Source: an uncultured Gammaproteobacteria bacterium
GTDB taxonomy: Bacteria; Pseudomonadota; Gammaproteobacteria; Steroidobacterales; Rariloculaceae
NCBI GenBank assembly: GCA_963841645.1
Contig: CAWJDS010000017.1
Span: 300,732-364,731, forward strand
Direction: 5' to 3'
Length of the DNA: 64,000 nt
This document shows, piece by piece, positions 38,576-50,043 of the stretch (positions are counted from its first letter, which is position 1; each line of letters starts with the position of its first letter). The notes below the pieces were generated by a model, which saw only the letters and a program-made list of their open reading frames with translations, was not told where the DNA came from and made no database searches. Position numbers and translations under genes: made by a program.

Positions 38576-40877
38576 TCAGTTCGCGCGGTCGGCGATGGTC
38601 TGCGCGGTCGCCGACGCAGGCTGCGCGGCAGAGTCCGAATCGACCATGCGCAGTTTCGGGAATTTCACGACGACGCCCGGCATCACCCGGTCGAGATTCA
38701 AGTCGGGGTTGTACTGGCGGAGCAACCAGACCGGCACTTTGTACGTGCGCTCCGCGAGCACCCAGAGCGACTCGCCCGGTTTGATCACGTGGCTCGCGAC
38801 GTCCTCGATCTGGTAGGCCGCGAAGAATTCGTCTTGGCGTTGTTGCTGGTAGGAACGCCGGCGCTGCTCGAACGTCGCGGCGTCGACTTTCGAGAAGTCG
38901 AGCTTTAGCGTCTGGCCGATCACGACGGCCTCGCGTGCCTTGATGTGATTGAGATCGCGCAGCTTCTGCGTCGGCAGGCTCGAGCCAATCCGCATAGTGG
39001 CCGAGCGTCTCGAGCGCCTGCACCGTGATCTCGTTCGACGCCGAGACGGAGTAGTCGCTCGGGTCGGCTGCGAGCTCGGGTTGCGTGCTCGCGAGCGCAT
39101 TCTCGGTCGTATCCTCGGCTTCGCCTTGGCCCGCGTTGTCCGGCGCGCTCGGGTTGCCGTCGGCGAGAACGGCCGGCGTGAGCGCGGCTTCGAGCTCCTC
39201 TTCTTGCAGCGGGCCCTCGAACGGCGAAGTCGCAGGCGCGACCACGGCGGCGGCCGGCACGAGCTCGGGCGCGGCGAGCGGCGAGATTCGCCGCTACCAC
39301 GCCGGCGCTCGCGAGCTCGGTGCTGCCCGGCACGCGCAGCGTCTGGCCGGCGAAGATCTTGTCCGTGCTCGATAGCGAGTTCGCGGCGAGCAGCGACTGC
39401 TCGCTCATCTTCAGACGCTTCGCGATCTTCGCGATGCTGTCGCCGCCGCGGACGGTGTAGGTTCCGGGCGCGCCCGCAGGCAGCACTGACGGACGTGGGC
39501 GGTTTCGCCTCGGGCTCGTTGCTCGCGAGCAGCGTCGGCACGGGCGCGCCGCCTTGCGCGCCGGTCGGCAGATTGATGACCTGGCCGACGCGAATCGTCT
39601 CGCGGCCGCTCAAGCTGTTCGCTCGCATCAAAGCCGCGAGGCTCACGTGGTACTGCGTCGCGATCTCGGAGAGCGTATCGCCGCCGCGCACGCGGTACTG
39701 GTTGTCGAGGACCTGCGAGGCATAGCGCTCGCCCTTGTCGAGCGCCGCCAGGAGCTCGTCCGCGACCGCGGCGGTCGAGCGCGGCACGCGCAGCGGAAAG
39801 CCCTTCGGCACGTACTTGCTGCCGCGCCCAGACGGCGTCCATCAGTGCCGGGTTCAGGTCTTGCAGCACGCTTTCGCGCAGATTCAACGCGTCGGCGAGC
39901 CTGCGCGATTTCACGAAGTCGGGGACGGCGACGACGGCGGTATCCGAGGGCGCCCGCAGGTCGACGCCAGGGAAGTACTTCTCCGCGTGCGTGTCGATCT
40001 CGAGCGCTGCGAGGAACGCGGTGTAGAAATTGCGCGATGCGAATTGGAACGAGCGGCTCTGATACTTCTTGACGATCGTCGCGATGTCCGTGGTGCCTTG
40101 CTGCACGACCGCGCGGCGCATTCCTTCGAGCCCGTGGTTGTAGGCCGTCAACGCGAGCGGCCACGTCTGCACGACGCTGAAGTTGTCCGCGAGGAGCCGC
40201 GCGGCCGCGTCGGTCGCAAGGAACGGATCGCGGCGCTCGTCGACGACGTGGTCGATCTGCATGTAGCGCGCGCCGGTCGAGCGCGTGAACTGCCACATGC
40301 CGGCCGCGCCGACCTTCGAGTAGGCCGTCGGATCGAACGAGGATTCGACGTGCGGCAGCGATGCGAGCTCGCGCGGCAGGCCATGCTTGTCGAGCACGTC
40401 GTAGATGTACTGCTTCCAAGTGCCGGAGCGGACGAGGCCCGCGCGGAACCGGTCCGATTGTCCGAGCTGGAAGCGCACGCGGTCCGCCGCGGCTTTGAAC
40501 TCCGCGTTCGGAGTGCCGGCGGGGAACAACGCGAGCACCCGTTGCTCCTCGTCGCTGAGACGCTCGCGCGCGCCCGAGCCGAGCTTGTTGAGGATCGCCT
40601 CGTAGGTATCGATCGCGTGCTCGACGTGCCGCCTACGCTCGCGCGTGCTCAGGTCGTCTGCGACTTTGATCGTCTCGTAGACGATGTCGAGCCGCAGGTC
40701 GTCGTGGATGAAGCCCGAGTGCGTGTCGACCTCGGTGTAGACGCGCGTCCAGAATTGGACGGCGGGCTCGAGCTCCGGCGGACGCGGGAATAGGGACTCT
40801 TGTGCCAGCGCTCCGACGGACCAGACGACCGCCGCGACGGTCAAGACTAGGGCGGTGGCGCTACGCGCTCTGCTCAT
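38576..40877 (-). CDS. Lytic transglycosylase (SLT) with multiple LysM domains, MltD-like (about four indels)
   Basis: LPHVESSF, AAGMWQF, ALTAYNHG; LysM YRVRGGDTLSEIA, YTVRGGDSIAKIA, HVIKPGESLW. Confidence 0.88.
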
Positions 40878-41104
40878 GGCTCGCTGTCATCCCCAGATGC
40901 CGGCGCGCACCTACGCGCCGAAGTTATCGAAAGGTCGGATTATGTGCATCGACCGGATCGTCGTCTCGGACTCAGTTCACGCCTCGAGGGTCGCCGGTCC
41001 GCATGTCGGTGACTCTTGGGGCCGATGGCGTTTCCCCTGTGTTTCTATCGGCTTGCGCCGCGAAAGTACAGGAGTGCTCGAACCGCGTCAAAGCTTACAA
41101 GCGC

Positions 41105-41730
41105 TCAGCTGAGCGGCAGCATGACGTGGGTGCGAAAGCCGAGGCGCTGCCTCCAGGCGCGCGTGCCAGGCTTCGAGCGCCGGCAGCGGCGGCCGCTCGA
41201 CGCCGGTCAGCGCAAGCCAGCGGTGCACGGTCGCGCCGACCGGAATGTCGCCCATCGAGAAGTGCGCGCCCGCCACGAACTCGTGCGTCGTCAAATGCCC
41301 GTCGAGGATCGCGCACGCGCGGTTCGCCTCTTTCGTCGACTTCTCGATCGCCGCGGCGGTCCGGTCCCGTCGCCGGCGTGCGGATCAGGTTCCAGAACAC
41401 GATCGACACGGGGTTCACGAGCACCGAGAGTTGCCAATCCATCCAGCGTTCCGCGTGCGCGCGCGTCTCGAGCGGCTTGGGGCATAGGCGCCCGAGCCCG
41501 TGCTTCGACGCGAGGTAACGCACGATCGTGTTGGATTCCCAGAGACTGAAGTCGCCGTCTTGCAGGAGCGGCACGCGGCCATTCGGATTCAGCGCGAGGT
41601 ACCACGGCTCGTCGTTCTTGCCGTACGCGAGCCCGGCGTCGACGCGCTCGTACGGCACGTCGAGCTCGGCGAGACACCAGAGCACCTTCTGCACGTTGAC
41701 CGAGTTGGTGCGCCCCCAGATCTTCAGCAT
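41105..41730 (-). CDS. Glutathione S-transferase, GstB/YliJ-like (two indels)
   Basis: IWGRTNSVNVQKVLW, LNPNGRVP, LWESNTIVRYL, FSMGDIP. Confidence 0.9.
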
Positions 41731-41733
41731 CGC

Positions 41734-42243
41734 CTACGATCTCGTGAGCTCGCGCACGATGCGCTCGTGCTCCGGAAACGAGGCGAGCAGCTCGGCGACC
41801 GGCGGCATCTCGAAGTCGGTGAACTCGAAGCCCGGCGCGACGGTACAGCCGCAGAGCGCCCACGGAGCGCCGGGCGCGAGCCGCGCGGCTTGCCAGCAAT
41901 CGGCGGGCACCACGACCGCCGGCGTCCCGCGCTCGAGGTCGTTCGTTAGCAAATGGCGTTCGTGCCGCCCGGCGAACGCGTCGATCGTGTGCAGCTCGAG
42001 TGGTCCGCCCGCGTAGAGGTGCCAGATCTCGTCGGCGCCGCGAACGCGATGAAACGCGGAGAATTCCTGCTCCGCGAGCAGGAAGTAGATCAGCGTGCCG
42101 CCGCTGCGCGGCAGGCCGCGCGCGTGCCCAGGTCCGGCCCGTTCGACGCCAAGCCGCGAGCGGAATACTTCGCGAAAGTGCCCGCCTTCCGGGTGGGGAA
42201 CGAGGCCAAGTCGCTCGACGATGTTGCGAACGTCTTTTCGCAC
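41734..42243 (-). CDS. Cupin_5 (DUF985) protein
   Basis: LGLVPHPEGGHFRE, IYFLL, FHRV..DEIWHLYAG, CTVAPGFEF. Confidence 0.9.
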   Translation of the reverse strand: MRKDVRNIVERLGLVPHPEGGHFREVFRSRLGVERAGPGHARGLPRSGGTLIYFLLAEQEFSAFHRVRGADEIWHLYAGGPLELHTIDAFAGRHERHLLTNDLERGTPAVVVPADCWQAARLAPGAPWALCGCTVAPGFEFTDFEMPPVAELLASFPEHERIVRELTRS

Positions 42244-42358
42244 GCTGCGATTGCCCAAGGGCTCGGGATCAACATGATATTCTCGCACGACGCGTACGGC
42301 GGTTCGAGGCGCTGCCTCGATCGGGCGGCTCGCGTCGCGACGGATGGAATTCCACGGC

Positions 42359-43027
42359 ATGCGCAAGCTCCTCGGTTGGTCGTTCGTCTTGATCGTCGTG
42401 CTCGGCGCGCTCGCCGTCGTTCTGCTGTCGGCGTCGGTGTACACCTACCACCGACTGAGCGGCGAGACACTTATCGCCGAGTTGCGCTTCGATCAATCCG
42501 GCGATCGCGAATACGCCGCACACTTGCGCACCGGCGATCGCTGCGACGAGCGCGTGCTGACCGTCTACGGCGATCAATGGCGCGTCGACGCGGAGTTCCT
42601 CAAATGGAAGTACTGGGCGCTGTTGCTCGGTCTCGACTCGCAGTACCGCCTCGATAGGCTCGAAGGCCGTTATCGGTCGGTCGTCGACCAGAACTCGCAG
42701 CCGAAGGTCGCGCACGACTTGCGCGACGAGACGGCGGTCGACGTCGTGAGCCTCGCCGAGGGGCTCGGCCGGTGGAATTTCCTGATCGACGCGTCGTATG
42801 GCAGCTCGACGTACCAGGACATCGACCCGGCCAACGTCTATTACGTCTACCGCACGCAGACGGCGATCATCACGCGCTCGAAGCCGCGACCCGTGCCCGA
42901 GCAGGGTGCGCCGATCGCGGTCGACGTCGACCGAGCATGCGGCGCGCCGCAGCCGGTCTGGTACAGAGTGACGACCTGGACCGACGAGCGGGCGAAAGAA
43001 GCGCTCGCGTACGTCCAAACTAAGTGA
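42359..43027 (+). CDS. Membrane-anchored hypothetical protein
   Basis: N-terminal TM; GDQWRVDAEFLKW, YRLDRLEGRY, IDASYGSSTY. Confidence 0.7.
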   Translation: MRKLLGWSFVLIVVLGALAVVLLSASVYTYHRLSGETLIAELRFDQSGDREYAAHLRTGDRCDERVLTVYGDQWRVDAEFLKWKYWALLLGLDSQYRLDRLEGRYRSVVDQNSQPKVAHDLRDETAVDVVSLAEGLGRWNFLIDASYGSSTYQDIDPANVYYVYRTQTAIITRSKPRPVPEQGAPIAVDVDRACGAPQPVWYRVTTWTDERAKEALAYVQTK

Positions 43028-43046
43028 ACGACAACTAGGGGGAACC

Positions 43047-43628
43047 ATGACCAAGAAGACACTCGGCGCATTCGGCGTCGCCATCGCGCTCGCGCTCGGC
43101 TTCGTCGCGGGCCGCGTCGAGCTACAAGGGGCGGCCGCCGCAGACACCGGCAAGCTCACGGCGCTCGACTACGACGAGATCACGCAGCTGATCAACCGCT
43201 ACGCGTACGGCATCGATACGTGCGGCGGCAACGGCTACGACTACGCGAACGTGTTCACGACGGACGGCATGTTCATCGACAAGAACTCCGACGCGGGCTT
43301 CGCCGCGGGCGGCCGCGTGCTCGCGAAGGGCCGCGATGCGCTCGCGGAGCTCGTCGGCGGCGGCTCGAAGGGCTGCAAGACGAAGCTGCCCTGGACTGGC
43401 TGGAGCCACCTGATGCTGAACCACGAGATCACCGCGACGCCCGACGGCGCCAAGGGCCGGATCTACCTCGTGCAGCTCGGCATGCGCGGCCCGGGCAGTG
43501 TCGACCGCCACGGCGGCTATGAAGACGTCTACGTGCGCACGCCGGAGGGCTGGCGCATCAAGTCGCGCACGCACGTGCGCGAGCGGGCTTGGTACGCGCC
43601 GGACTGGCAGACGCCGGACCTGAACTGA
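43047..43628 (+). CDS. Secreted SnoaL-like (NTF2-fold) protein
   Basis: LTALDYDEITQLINRYAYGID, FTTDG, GGYEDVYVRTPEGWRIKSR. Confidence 0.85.
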   Translation: MTKKTLGAFGVAIALALGFVAGRVELQGAAAADTGKLTALDYDEITQLINRYAYGIDTCGGNGYDYANVFTTDGMFIDKNSDAGFAAGGRVLAKGRDALAELVGGGSKGCKTKLPWTGWSHLMLNHEITATPDGAKGRIYLVQLGMRGPGSVDRHGGYEDVYVRTPEGWRIKSRTHVRERAWYAPDWQTPDLN

Positions 43629-43631
43629 GGT

Positions 43632-44569
43632 CTAGAAGTCCAGCTCGCCTCGTGCGCGTCGCTCGAGCGGCAGCAGCGACGCGTATAAGAAGGAGTGCAT
43701 AGGCGTCGGCACGCCGAGCTTCGTGCCGAGCCGTACGACCGCGCCCGTCCACGCATCGAGCTCGGAGCGTTTGCCGGCCGCGATGTCGCGCTGCAGCGAA
43801 GACGTGCCCGTCGGCGTCGTGCGGTCGAGCAACGCGAGCGTGCGCTGGACCGCGTCGGGTGAAAGCCGCACGCCCTGCGCGAGCGCGACGGCCGCGATCT
43901 CGCCGCATGCCGGCCTCGATCAGCCCGCGAGTCTCGCGCGTCTTCATCATCACTCCGATCGGCGCGCGCGACACCGCGCCGACGCCGCCGAACGGCACGA
44001 CGAGCATCAGCTTCTCCCAGAGCGCGACGCGAATGTCGTCGGGCACCTCGACGTCGACCTTCGCGGCCGCGAACTCCGCGCGCAGACGCTCGACGCGCTC
44101 GGACTTCGCGCCGTTGAGCTCGCCGAACTTGATGAACGTGACGCCGCCGATGTGCTTCACGTGCCCCGGCGCGACGATGAAGCAGAACCCTCCGCAGAGG
44201 CCGCCGACGCACGTGCTCCGGGCCGAGCGAGTTGGCGAGCAGATCCGGCGTGTCGACGCCGTTCTGGAGCGGTACCACGAACGTGTCGCGGCCGAGCAGC
44301 GGCTTCAGAGCGGCCGCGACGTCGGCAACTTGCCAGGTCTTCACGCCGAGCAGCACCGCGTCGACCGGTCCGATGTCGGCGGCCGACGCGCTCGCTACTT
44401 TCGGCCGGACGAGCATGTCGCCGAAGACGCTGTCGACTCGCAGGCCGTGCGCACGGATCGCGTCGAGCTGCGCGCCGCGCGCGACGATCGAAACTTCGTT
44501 GCCCACCTCGGCGAGCCGCGCGCCGAAGTAGGCGCCCACGCCGCCCGCGCCGAATATCGCTATGCGCAC
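43632..44569 (-). CDS. panE: 2-dehydropantoate 2-reductase (indels near 44210 and 43900)
   Basis: IAIFGAGGVGAYFG, VKTWQ, LQNG, LWEK, SSLQRD...SELDA. Confidence 0.88.
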
Positions 44570-44613
44570 GCCCAAGCCCTCCTGATGTTCGTTGCCGTAG
44601 TAACGCGCACGGC

Positions 44614-45176
44614 TCAGAGCGGGTCGGGAACGACGCGGTCCGAGCGGACTCGCCAGTGCTCGCCGTAGACAGACGAGTATTCGATCTCGAGCACGGCCTT
44701 CTCGGGGGCAGTCGCCGAGCCTTCCCCCGAGGACGGGCCATCCTCTACCGCGACGAACTGGAACGTGCGCAAGAGCTCGGCGCTCATCTGGGATGGGTCT
44801 ACGGAGCCGAGCATATTGCGTTGGATTGCTGCCGGCAGGGATCAACATGCCCGGCAGGACCCGGTCGCGGTAGACGTTGTTCGGAGGCACCTTGGCGTCT
44901 CCCAGCGACGCGTAGTACGCGTACGGATCGCCGTCGAACGCTTTGCCCTGATGGATGATTCGAATTCGGTCGATCAGCGCGGGGCCGAGCCCCACGTTGC
45001 GCAACGCGATATACGAGCCGTCGTTGTTCGTATTGAAAGCAATCAGTCAGATACGGCAGCACCGACGCCTTTGACTGCTCGCGCATCAGCGTCGTCTGGT
45101 AGAGCACGATGAATAGGCTCCCGAGACCCACGAGCATCGCGCTGATGCTCACGATGCGATCGGTATCCCATTTCAT
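44614..45176 (-). CDS. Hypothetical protein with N-terminal TM (two indels)
   Basis: Three frame segments join: MKWDTDRIVS...ASVLPYL / NVGLGPALI / LEIEYSSVYGEHW. Confidence 0.6.
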
Positions 45177-45230
45177 TCGTCATTGTCCGCACCGGCCCTG
45201 CCTCGACGGCGAAAGTCTACTCAAACCGCC

Positions 45231-45258
45231 CTTGAAAGGGGGAGCGCGACCTAACAAC
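45231..45258 (+). promoter_or_regulatory. Possible RpoH-type promoter of the hsp20 pair
   Basis: -35 CTTGAAA is good; the -10 match is weak. Confidence 0.3.
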
Positions 45259-45300
45259 AGGGTCCATCGTTTTCTTGGTCGGCACAAAGAGGAGGCCACC

Positions 45301-45726
45301 ATGGTCCTTAGAATGAGAGATCCGTTCGCGACGCTCCTGTCTGTGCAGCGCGCGATGGACAACGCGATGCAGCGCGATTGGTTCGGGCCGCTCACGAGTG
45401 GGCGCGGCGCGTATCCGCCCGTCAACGTGTTCGAGCGCGGCGAGGACTTCGAGATCGTCGCCGAGTTGCCCGGCGTGAAGAAGGAAGACCTCGACATCCA
45501 GGTCAAGGGCGCGACCGTCCGGATCCACGGCAAGAAGACCGTGGAGTACGCGGATGGCGCGAGCGCGCATCGGCGCGAGCGCGTCGGCGGAGAGTTCGAT
45601 CGAACGCTGACGCTACCGGCGCAGATCGACGCGGCGAAGGTCACGGCCGATTACCGCGACGGCGTGCTCACGCTCAAGCTGCCGCGCGCAGAGAGCGAGC
45701 GTCCGCGCTCGGTCACGATCAACTAG
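45301..45726 (+). CDS. Hsp20/alpha-crystallin small heat shock protein
   Basis: YPPVNV, AELPG, ERVGGEFDRTL, YRDGVLTLKLP; GAGGAGG RBS. Confidence 0.92.
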   Translation: MVLRMRDPFATLLSVQRAMDNAMQRDWFGPLTSGRGAYPPVNVFERGEDFEIVAELPGVKKEDLDIQVKGATVRIHGKKTVEYADGASAHRRERVGGEFDRTLTLPAQIDAAKVTADYRDGVLTLKLPRAESERPRSVTIN

Positions 45727-45754
45727 CGATTTGCAGGAACAGCGGAGACGAAAC

Positions 45755-46150
45755 ATGGCTACGCAAGAAGTTGCGCTGCAGGGCAAGAAAGAGCTCGCAC
45801 CGGCGCAAGAGCGAACCGAGGCCGGCAAGTTCTACAGCCCGTACACCGATATCTATGAGACGAACGACGCGGTCGTCGTTGCGATGGAGGTTCCGGGCGT
45901 CGAGCGCTCGGCGATCGACATCCGGCTCGACAAGGGCGTGCTGACCGTCACGGGCAACGTCGATCCGAAGCGGTACGAGGATGTGGCGCCGATCTATTCC
46001 GAGTACAACGTCGGCAACTTCGTCCGCAGCTTCACGCTGTCGACGAAGATCGCGAGCGACGAGATTTCGGCGAGCGTCGCCGACGGCGTGCTGACGGTGC
46101 GCCTGCCGAAGGCGAAGGAAGCGCTCGCGCGCCGCATCGAGATCAAGTAA
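45755..46150 (+). CDS. Hsp20 small heat shock protein (second)
   Basis: PYTDIYE, EVPGV, FVRSFTL, DGVLTVRLPK, RRIEI. Confidence 0.92.
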   Translation: MATQEVALQGKKELAPAQERTEAGKFYSPYTDIYETNDAVVVAMEVPGVERSAIDIRLDKGVLTVTGNVDPKRYEDVAPIYSEYNVGNFVRSFTLSTKIASDEISASVADGVLTVRLPKAKEALARRIEIK

Positions 46151-46165
46151 TCGCTGCGTCTCGCG

Positions 46166-46294
46166 CGTCCGTCGCCGCTCGCGCGAGGCACGCCTCCCGG
46201 GGGACGCCAAAACACCATCCCTGGGGCTCGACGGCGCACATCCCTGTGCGCCGACGCCCCCGGGAGGCATGCCTCGCACGAGCGGCGACGGACG
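46166..46294. repeat. Palindromic element copy B (opposite orientation): 38-bp arms, 53-nt core
   Basis: Arms 46166-46203 and 46257-46294 (2 mismatches); core reverse complement GCACAGGGATGTGCG..GAGCCCCAGGGATGGTGTTTTGGCGT. Confidence 0.85.
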
Positions 46295-46298
46295 AGCG

Positions 46299-48173
46299 TC
46301 ACGTCACTCGACGGCCGAACGCGAGCAGCACGTTGCCGGGCGTGCCGACGAAGCCCGCGTTGCCGGCCGTCACGTACAACATGCCGTCCGCGACGACCGG
46401 CCCCGGGCCGTCGATCGAGCCGCCATTCGCCTTGACGTTGTTGACCGTCGCGAAGTCGCGGTTCGTGTCGTAGGTCCACAAGATCTTGCCCGTGTCGCTC
46501 GAGTACGCGCGCACCGCGCCGTCGGCCGAGCCCGCGAACACGACGCCCGGTATCGACGTGAGCGCCGCGGACTGCGCGGCGCTGCAGCCGGGTCCCGCGC
46601 GGCAGACGGGCGGCTCCGGCGGCGCGTACCAGACGCGCTGGCCGGTCGTGAGATCCACGGCGTGCACGCCGCCGGGCGCGGGCGTGAGCTGATCCGCGAC
46701 GGCGAAGTACGCGCGCTCGCCGTCGCTCGTCGCACCCCAGACGCCGCCGACCGGGCTGCCTTTGCCCCAGCGGTATTGCCACAGAATCTTGCCGCGCTTG
46801 TCCGGATCGAGCGCGTAGCCGACGCCGGACTTTTGCGTCGCGACGAGCACGTCCTTGCCGTCCGCTTTCGTCACGAGCATGGGCGACGCGGAGAAGTCGA
46901 AGTCGGGCCCGACATCCTTCGGGGCAGTTCGGATTCTCGCCGAACTTCGCGCCGGCGGCGGCCGGGGGTGCGCCCGCCGGCGGCGGCGAGCAGCCTAAGA
47001 TCCACGTGTCGGGCATGATCTGGTTCACCCAGCGGATCTTGCCGGTCTTCAAGTCGAACGCGACGATCGCGTCGCTCGTCTTCGGCGCGGGGTCCGCGTA
47101 CGCGTTGCCGGTCGCCGCGTAGATCAGGCCGCGCTTCGCGTCGATCGTCGGCGCGCTCCAGATTGGCGCGCCGGCGGGGCCCCAGAGCTGCTTGCCGGTC
47201 GTGCTCTTGCCGCGGGGCTTCGGCTCGCCGACGGTGTAGGTCTTCCAGACCACGGTGCCGGTCTTAGCGTCGAGCGCCGTGAGGCTCCCGCGGAACTTGC
47301 AGCACTCGTAGTCCGGCATCGCGGCTGAGCTCTCCTCCGACACGCCCGAGAGCACGACGTAGAGCCGGCCGTCGTAGTACGTGGGTGACCCCGTCGCGCG
47401 CGCGGCCGGGTGATCATCGATCTTCGTGACCCAGAGCTGCTGGCCGGTCCTGAAGTCGACCGCGTACGCGCGCGCCTGTGCATCGGAGAAGAACACGGCT
47501 GGCGCGCCGCCCCCGGCGTTGCCGTTCGGGCCGAGCGTTCCGACCGAAATCGCGGTGCGCACGCCCGCTTGGGCCTTGAACGACCAATACGTGCAGCCCT
47601 TCGCCGGGTCGAGCGCATAGACCATCCCGCTTTGGCTCGCCATGAATAGGCGTCCGCCGACCACGGCCGGCTGCGAGCGCGACTGCGTCGCGTTCGGTAC
47701 GCCGAACGCCCACTTGAGCTTGAGGTTCGCGACGTTCGCCGCGGTGATCCCCGCGGCGTTGGTTTGGAAGCGCGCGTTGCGCACGTCGGGGCCCCAACCG
47801 TTCCACACCGATGTCGCGTTGCGCAGGTCGAGCGGCCCGCCGGTGCACAGCCCGGTCGGAGCGCTCGCGGCGCCGGCAGTCGCGGCCGTGAGCGGTCGGC
47901 CAGCGACGCGCTCCGCGACCGTCTGGCGTTCGGCGGACGTGAGCGGCCTGGCCCTGGATCCGCATGTTGCCTTCGGTCAGCGACGCGAAGATCGCGTCGG
48001 GCCCGAGCGTCGCGAGCACGTCGCGAGGCGGCGCCTTGTTCTCGGGCGTCGGGTGCTCGTGACAGATCGCGCAATGCTGCGCGAAGACGGTGTCACCGTC
48101 CGGCGTCTGTGCGCGCACGCGACGATGCGGGGGCGATCGCGACGGTGAGGGCGAGCGGCAGTACGAAGCGCAT
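46299..48173 (-). CDS. Quinohemoprotein: N-terminal cytochrome c plus PQQ beta-propeller, PVA-dehydrogenase-like (several indels)
   Basis: CAICH heme motif; WNGWG, LKLKWAF, YECCKFRG, IWSAPTID, DFDFSASP; Trp-docking repeats. Confidence 0.85.
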
Positions 48174-48340
48174 GCGTTCTCCGGCGAGTCGAGGTGTTTT
48201 TGAGCACGACGCGCTCGAGCGCGCCCGTTTTTCGACCGCGCGCAAGGATAGCAAGGCGACTTCGCGGATGCGAAAAAGCATGCGGGCGCCACTGGGGCGC
48301 CCGCGCTTGCGTCGAAGCAGGGCACTCGGCCCGCGAACGG

Positions 48341-49021
48341 CTACTGCTGGTCGAGCATCTTCACGATCGCGCTGATCCGCTGCACGTTCGCGTAGCGGTC
48401 GACGATGATCAGCTGCCGGCAGCTCGTGCAGTTCTGCGCGCCGGGCTCGCAGGTGCCGCACATTGCCGATAAGTGGGCTGCCGGTGGCAGAAGGGGCCGG
48501 AGTATCGGCACCATCGACGACGCCTCCTTCTTCGACGTCGTCACGATGCGCGAGATCCACTCGTCCGCCGGGATGCTCGAGTCGTCGTTCTGCACGAGCG
48601 GCACTGCGAGCGAGCGAATCTCGAACAGCGGCACGATGTTCACGCGCCCTTCGATCGTCGTCGCCGCCATTCCGTTCGCGCGCAGGATCGCGAGCAGCGT
48701 CGGGTAGTTCACGTCCTCCGATTTGATGCTGCCGAGGTAGACCTGCTGGGCGGCTCGGCTGTCGATCAAGAATGTTTTCTTCGCGCTGCGCGCGACGCGG
48801 TCGACGAGCGACTCGAGCGACACGGTCGGCAGCGGCGGACCCGCCGGTATCGGCGGTGCACCGGAACTCTCGGGCGGCGGCCGCTGGGCCTCGCCAGGCG
48901 AGCCGCCTTGGGGATTCTGTTGAGCGGGCTGCGGTCGCTGCCCCTGGGCGTGCGCAGCCGCGGCGCCGAGGAAGAGCAGAACCACGAGTGCGAGCGAGCG
49001 GCGAAGACGTGTCGGATTCAT
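48341..49021 (-). CDS. Secreted stand-alone secretin N0-N1 domain protein with CxxC-CxxC insert
   Basis: Signal AHA; N0-like LVDRVARSAKKTFLIDSR...LLAILRANG...NIVP; N1-like DEWISRIV...MVPILRPLLP..AHL...LIIVDRYANVQRI..IVKMLD; stop follows immediately. Confidence 0.75.
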   Translation of the reverse strand: MNPTRLRRSLALVVLLFLGAAAAHAQGQRPQPAQQNPQGGSPGEAQRPPPESSGAPPIPAGPPLPTVSLESLVDRVARSAKKTFLIDSRAAQQVYLGSIKSEDVNYPTLLAILRANGMAATTIEGRVNIVPLFEIRSLAVPLVQNDDSSIPADEWISRIVTTSKKEASSMVPILRPLLPPAAHLSAMCGTCEPGAQNCTSCRQLIIVDRYANVQRISAIVKMLDQQ

Positions 49022-49046
49022 CCTGGTGCTCCGATGAGGTGATGAG

Positions 49047-50043
49047 TCATTGCAATGCGAAGTCGGGTCGGACGGACGTCGCGCGATTGTCCGCGCGCGC
49101 ATCGCGGAGGGCCGGCGTCCCCGCGGCGCGCGCGCGAGGTTCCGGATCGATGAGCGCAGCCGTGATCGCGTCGCCGATCTCGGCCGCGAGAGGCATGAGC
49201 TCCTCGGCCGGACGCTCGTACTCGGCGTGCCAAATCCGCTCGTCGGTCGCGGCGTCGAGCAAGTCTGCGGCGATGCGAATCTGGCCGTCGTGCTCGGCGA
49301 GCTCGCCGACGACGATACCGCGCACGCCGAGCTGCTCCCCGAGCTCGGACGCGTCGAGCTCGGTGGCGAGATAGGCGGCGGCGCGCGGCGCGCCGACGAC
49401 GTAGATCCCCGGCAGCGCGGCGAGCGCCGAGCCGATATCGCGTGACAACGAGACGGCGAGTACGCGCGTGGCACGCGGCTCGTCGGCTGGCGCGCCGAAT
49501 GGCAGCACGGCGATCGAGCTCGCGTCGACGACGCCGCCGCTCGGCAGGCGTGCGATCGGATAGGCCGCAGCCGCGGCCGCGATGCTCGCGCTGCGCTCGG
49601 CAGACGCCGCCGGGTCGAGCGGGGGCACGGTCTGCTCGAGCGCGACCGGATTTGTCGCAGGTGCATGCGCCGGCGAGCGCGGCGTCGTGCACGAGCCAAA
49701 GCGCGGCGGCTACCGTGAGGGCCGCGGCTGCGAGCGCCGCGCCCCAGCCGAATCGCCGCAGCGTGCGGAGCGGGAGCGCGCTTTGGACCGCCGCGGGGTC
49801 GCGTTTCGCGAGCGCCGCTGCCTCGTCGAAAGCCCAACGCAGCTCCGGATCGTCGGCGAGGCTCCGCGCGATTTCGGCGGCGGCGTCGCAGCGCTCGAGC
49901 TCTTGCTCGTGCTCTGGCGCGCGGTCGAGCCACGCGGAGAGGCGCGCGGCGGTGACCTCGTCGGATCGCCGCGACTCGAGCGCGACGAACCACTCGGCCG
50001 CAGTCACGGGCTCGCGCTCGGGCTTGCGCGTCTCGCCACTCAT
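49047..50043 (-). CDS. Anti-sigma-like protein: FecR N-terminal (DUF4880-like) domain, TM, TolB_N/FlgO-like domain (indel near 49660)
   Basis: AAEWFVALE...LSAWLDRAPEH; TM WGAALAAAALTVAAALWL; SIAVLPF...LGEQLGVRGIVVG...IRIAADLLDAATDERIW. Confidence 0.75.
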
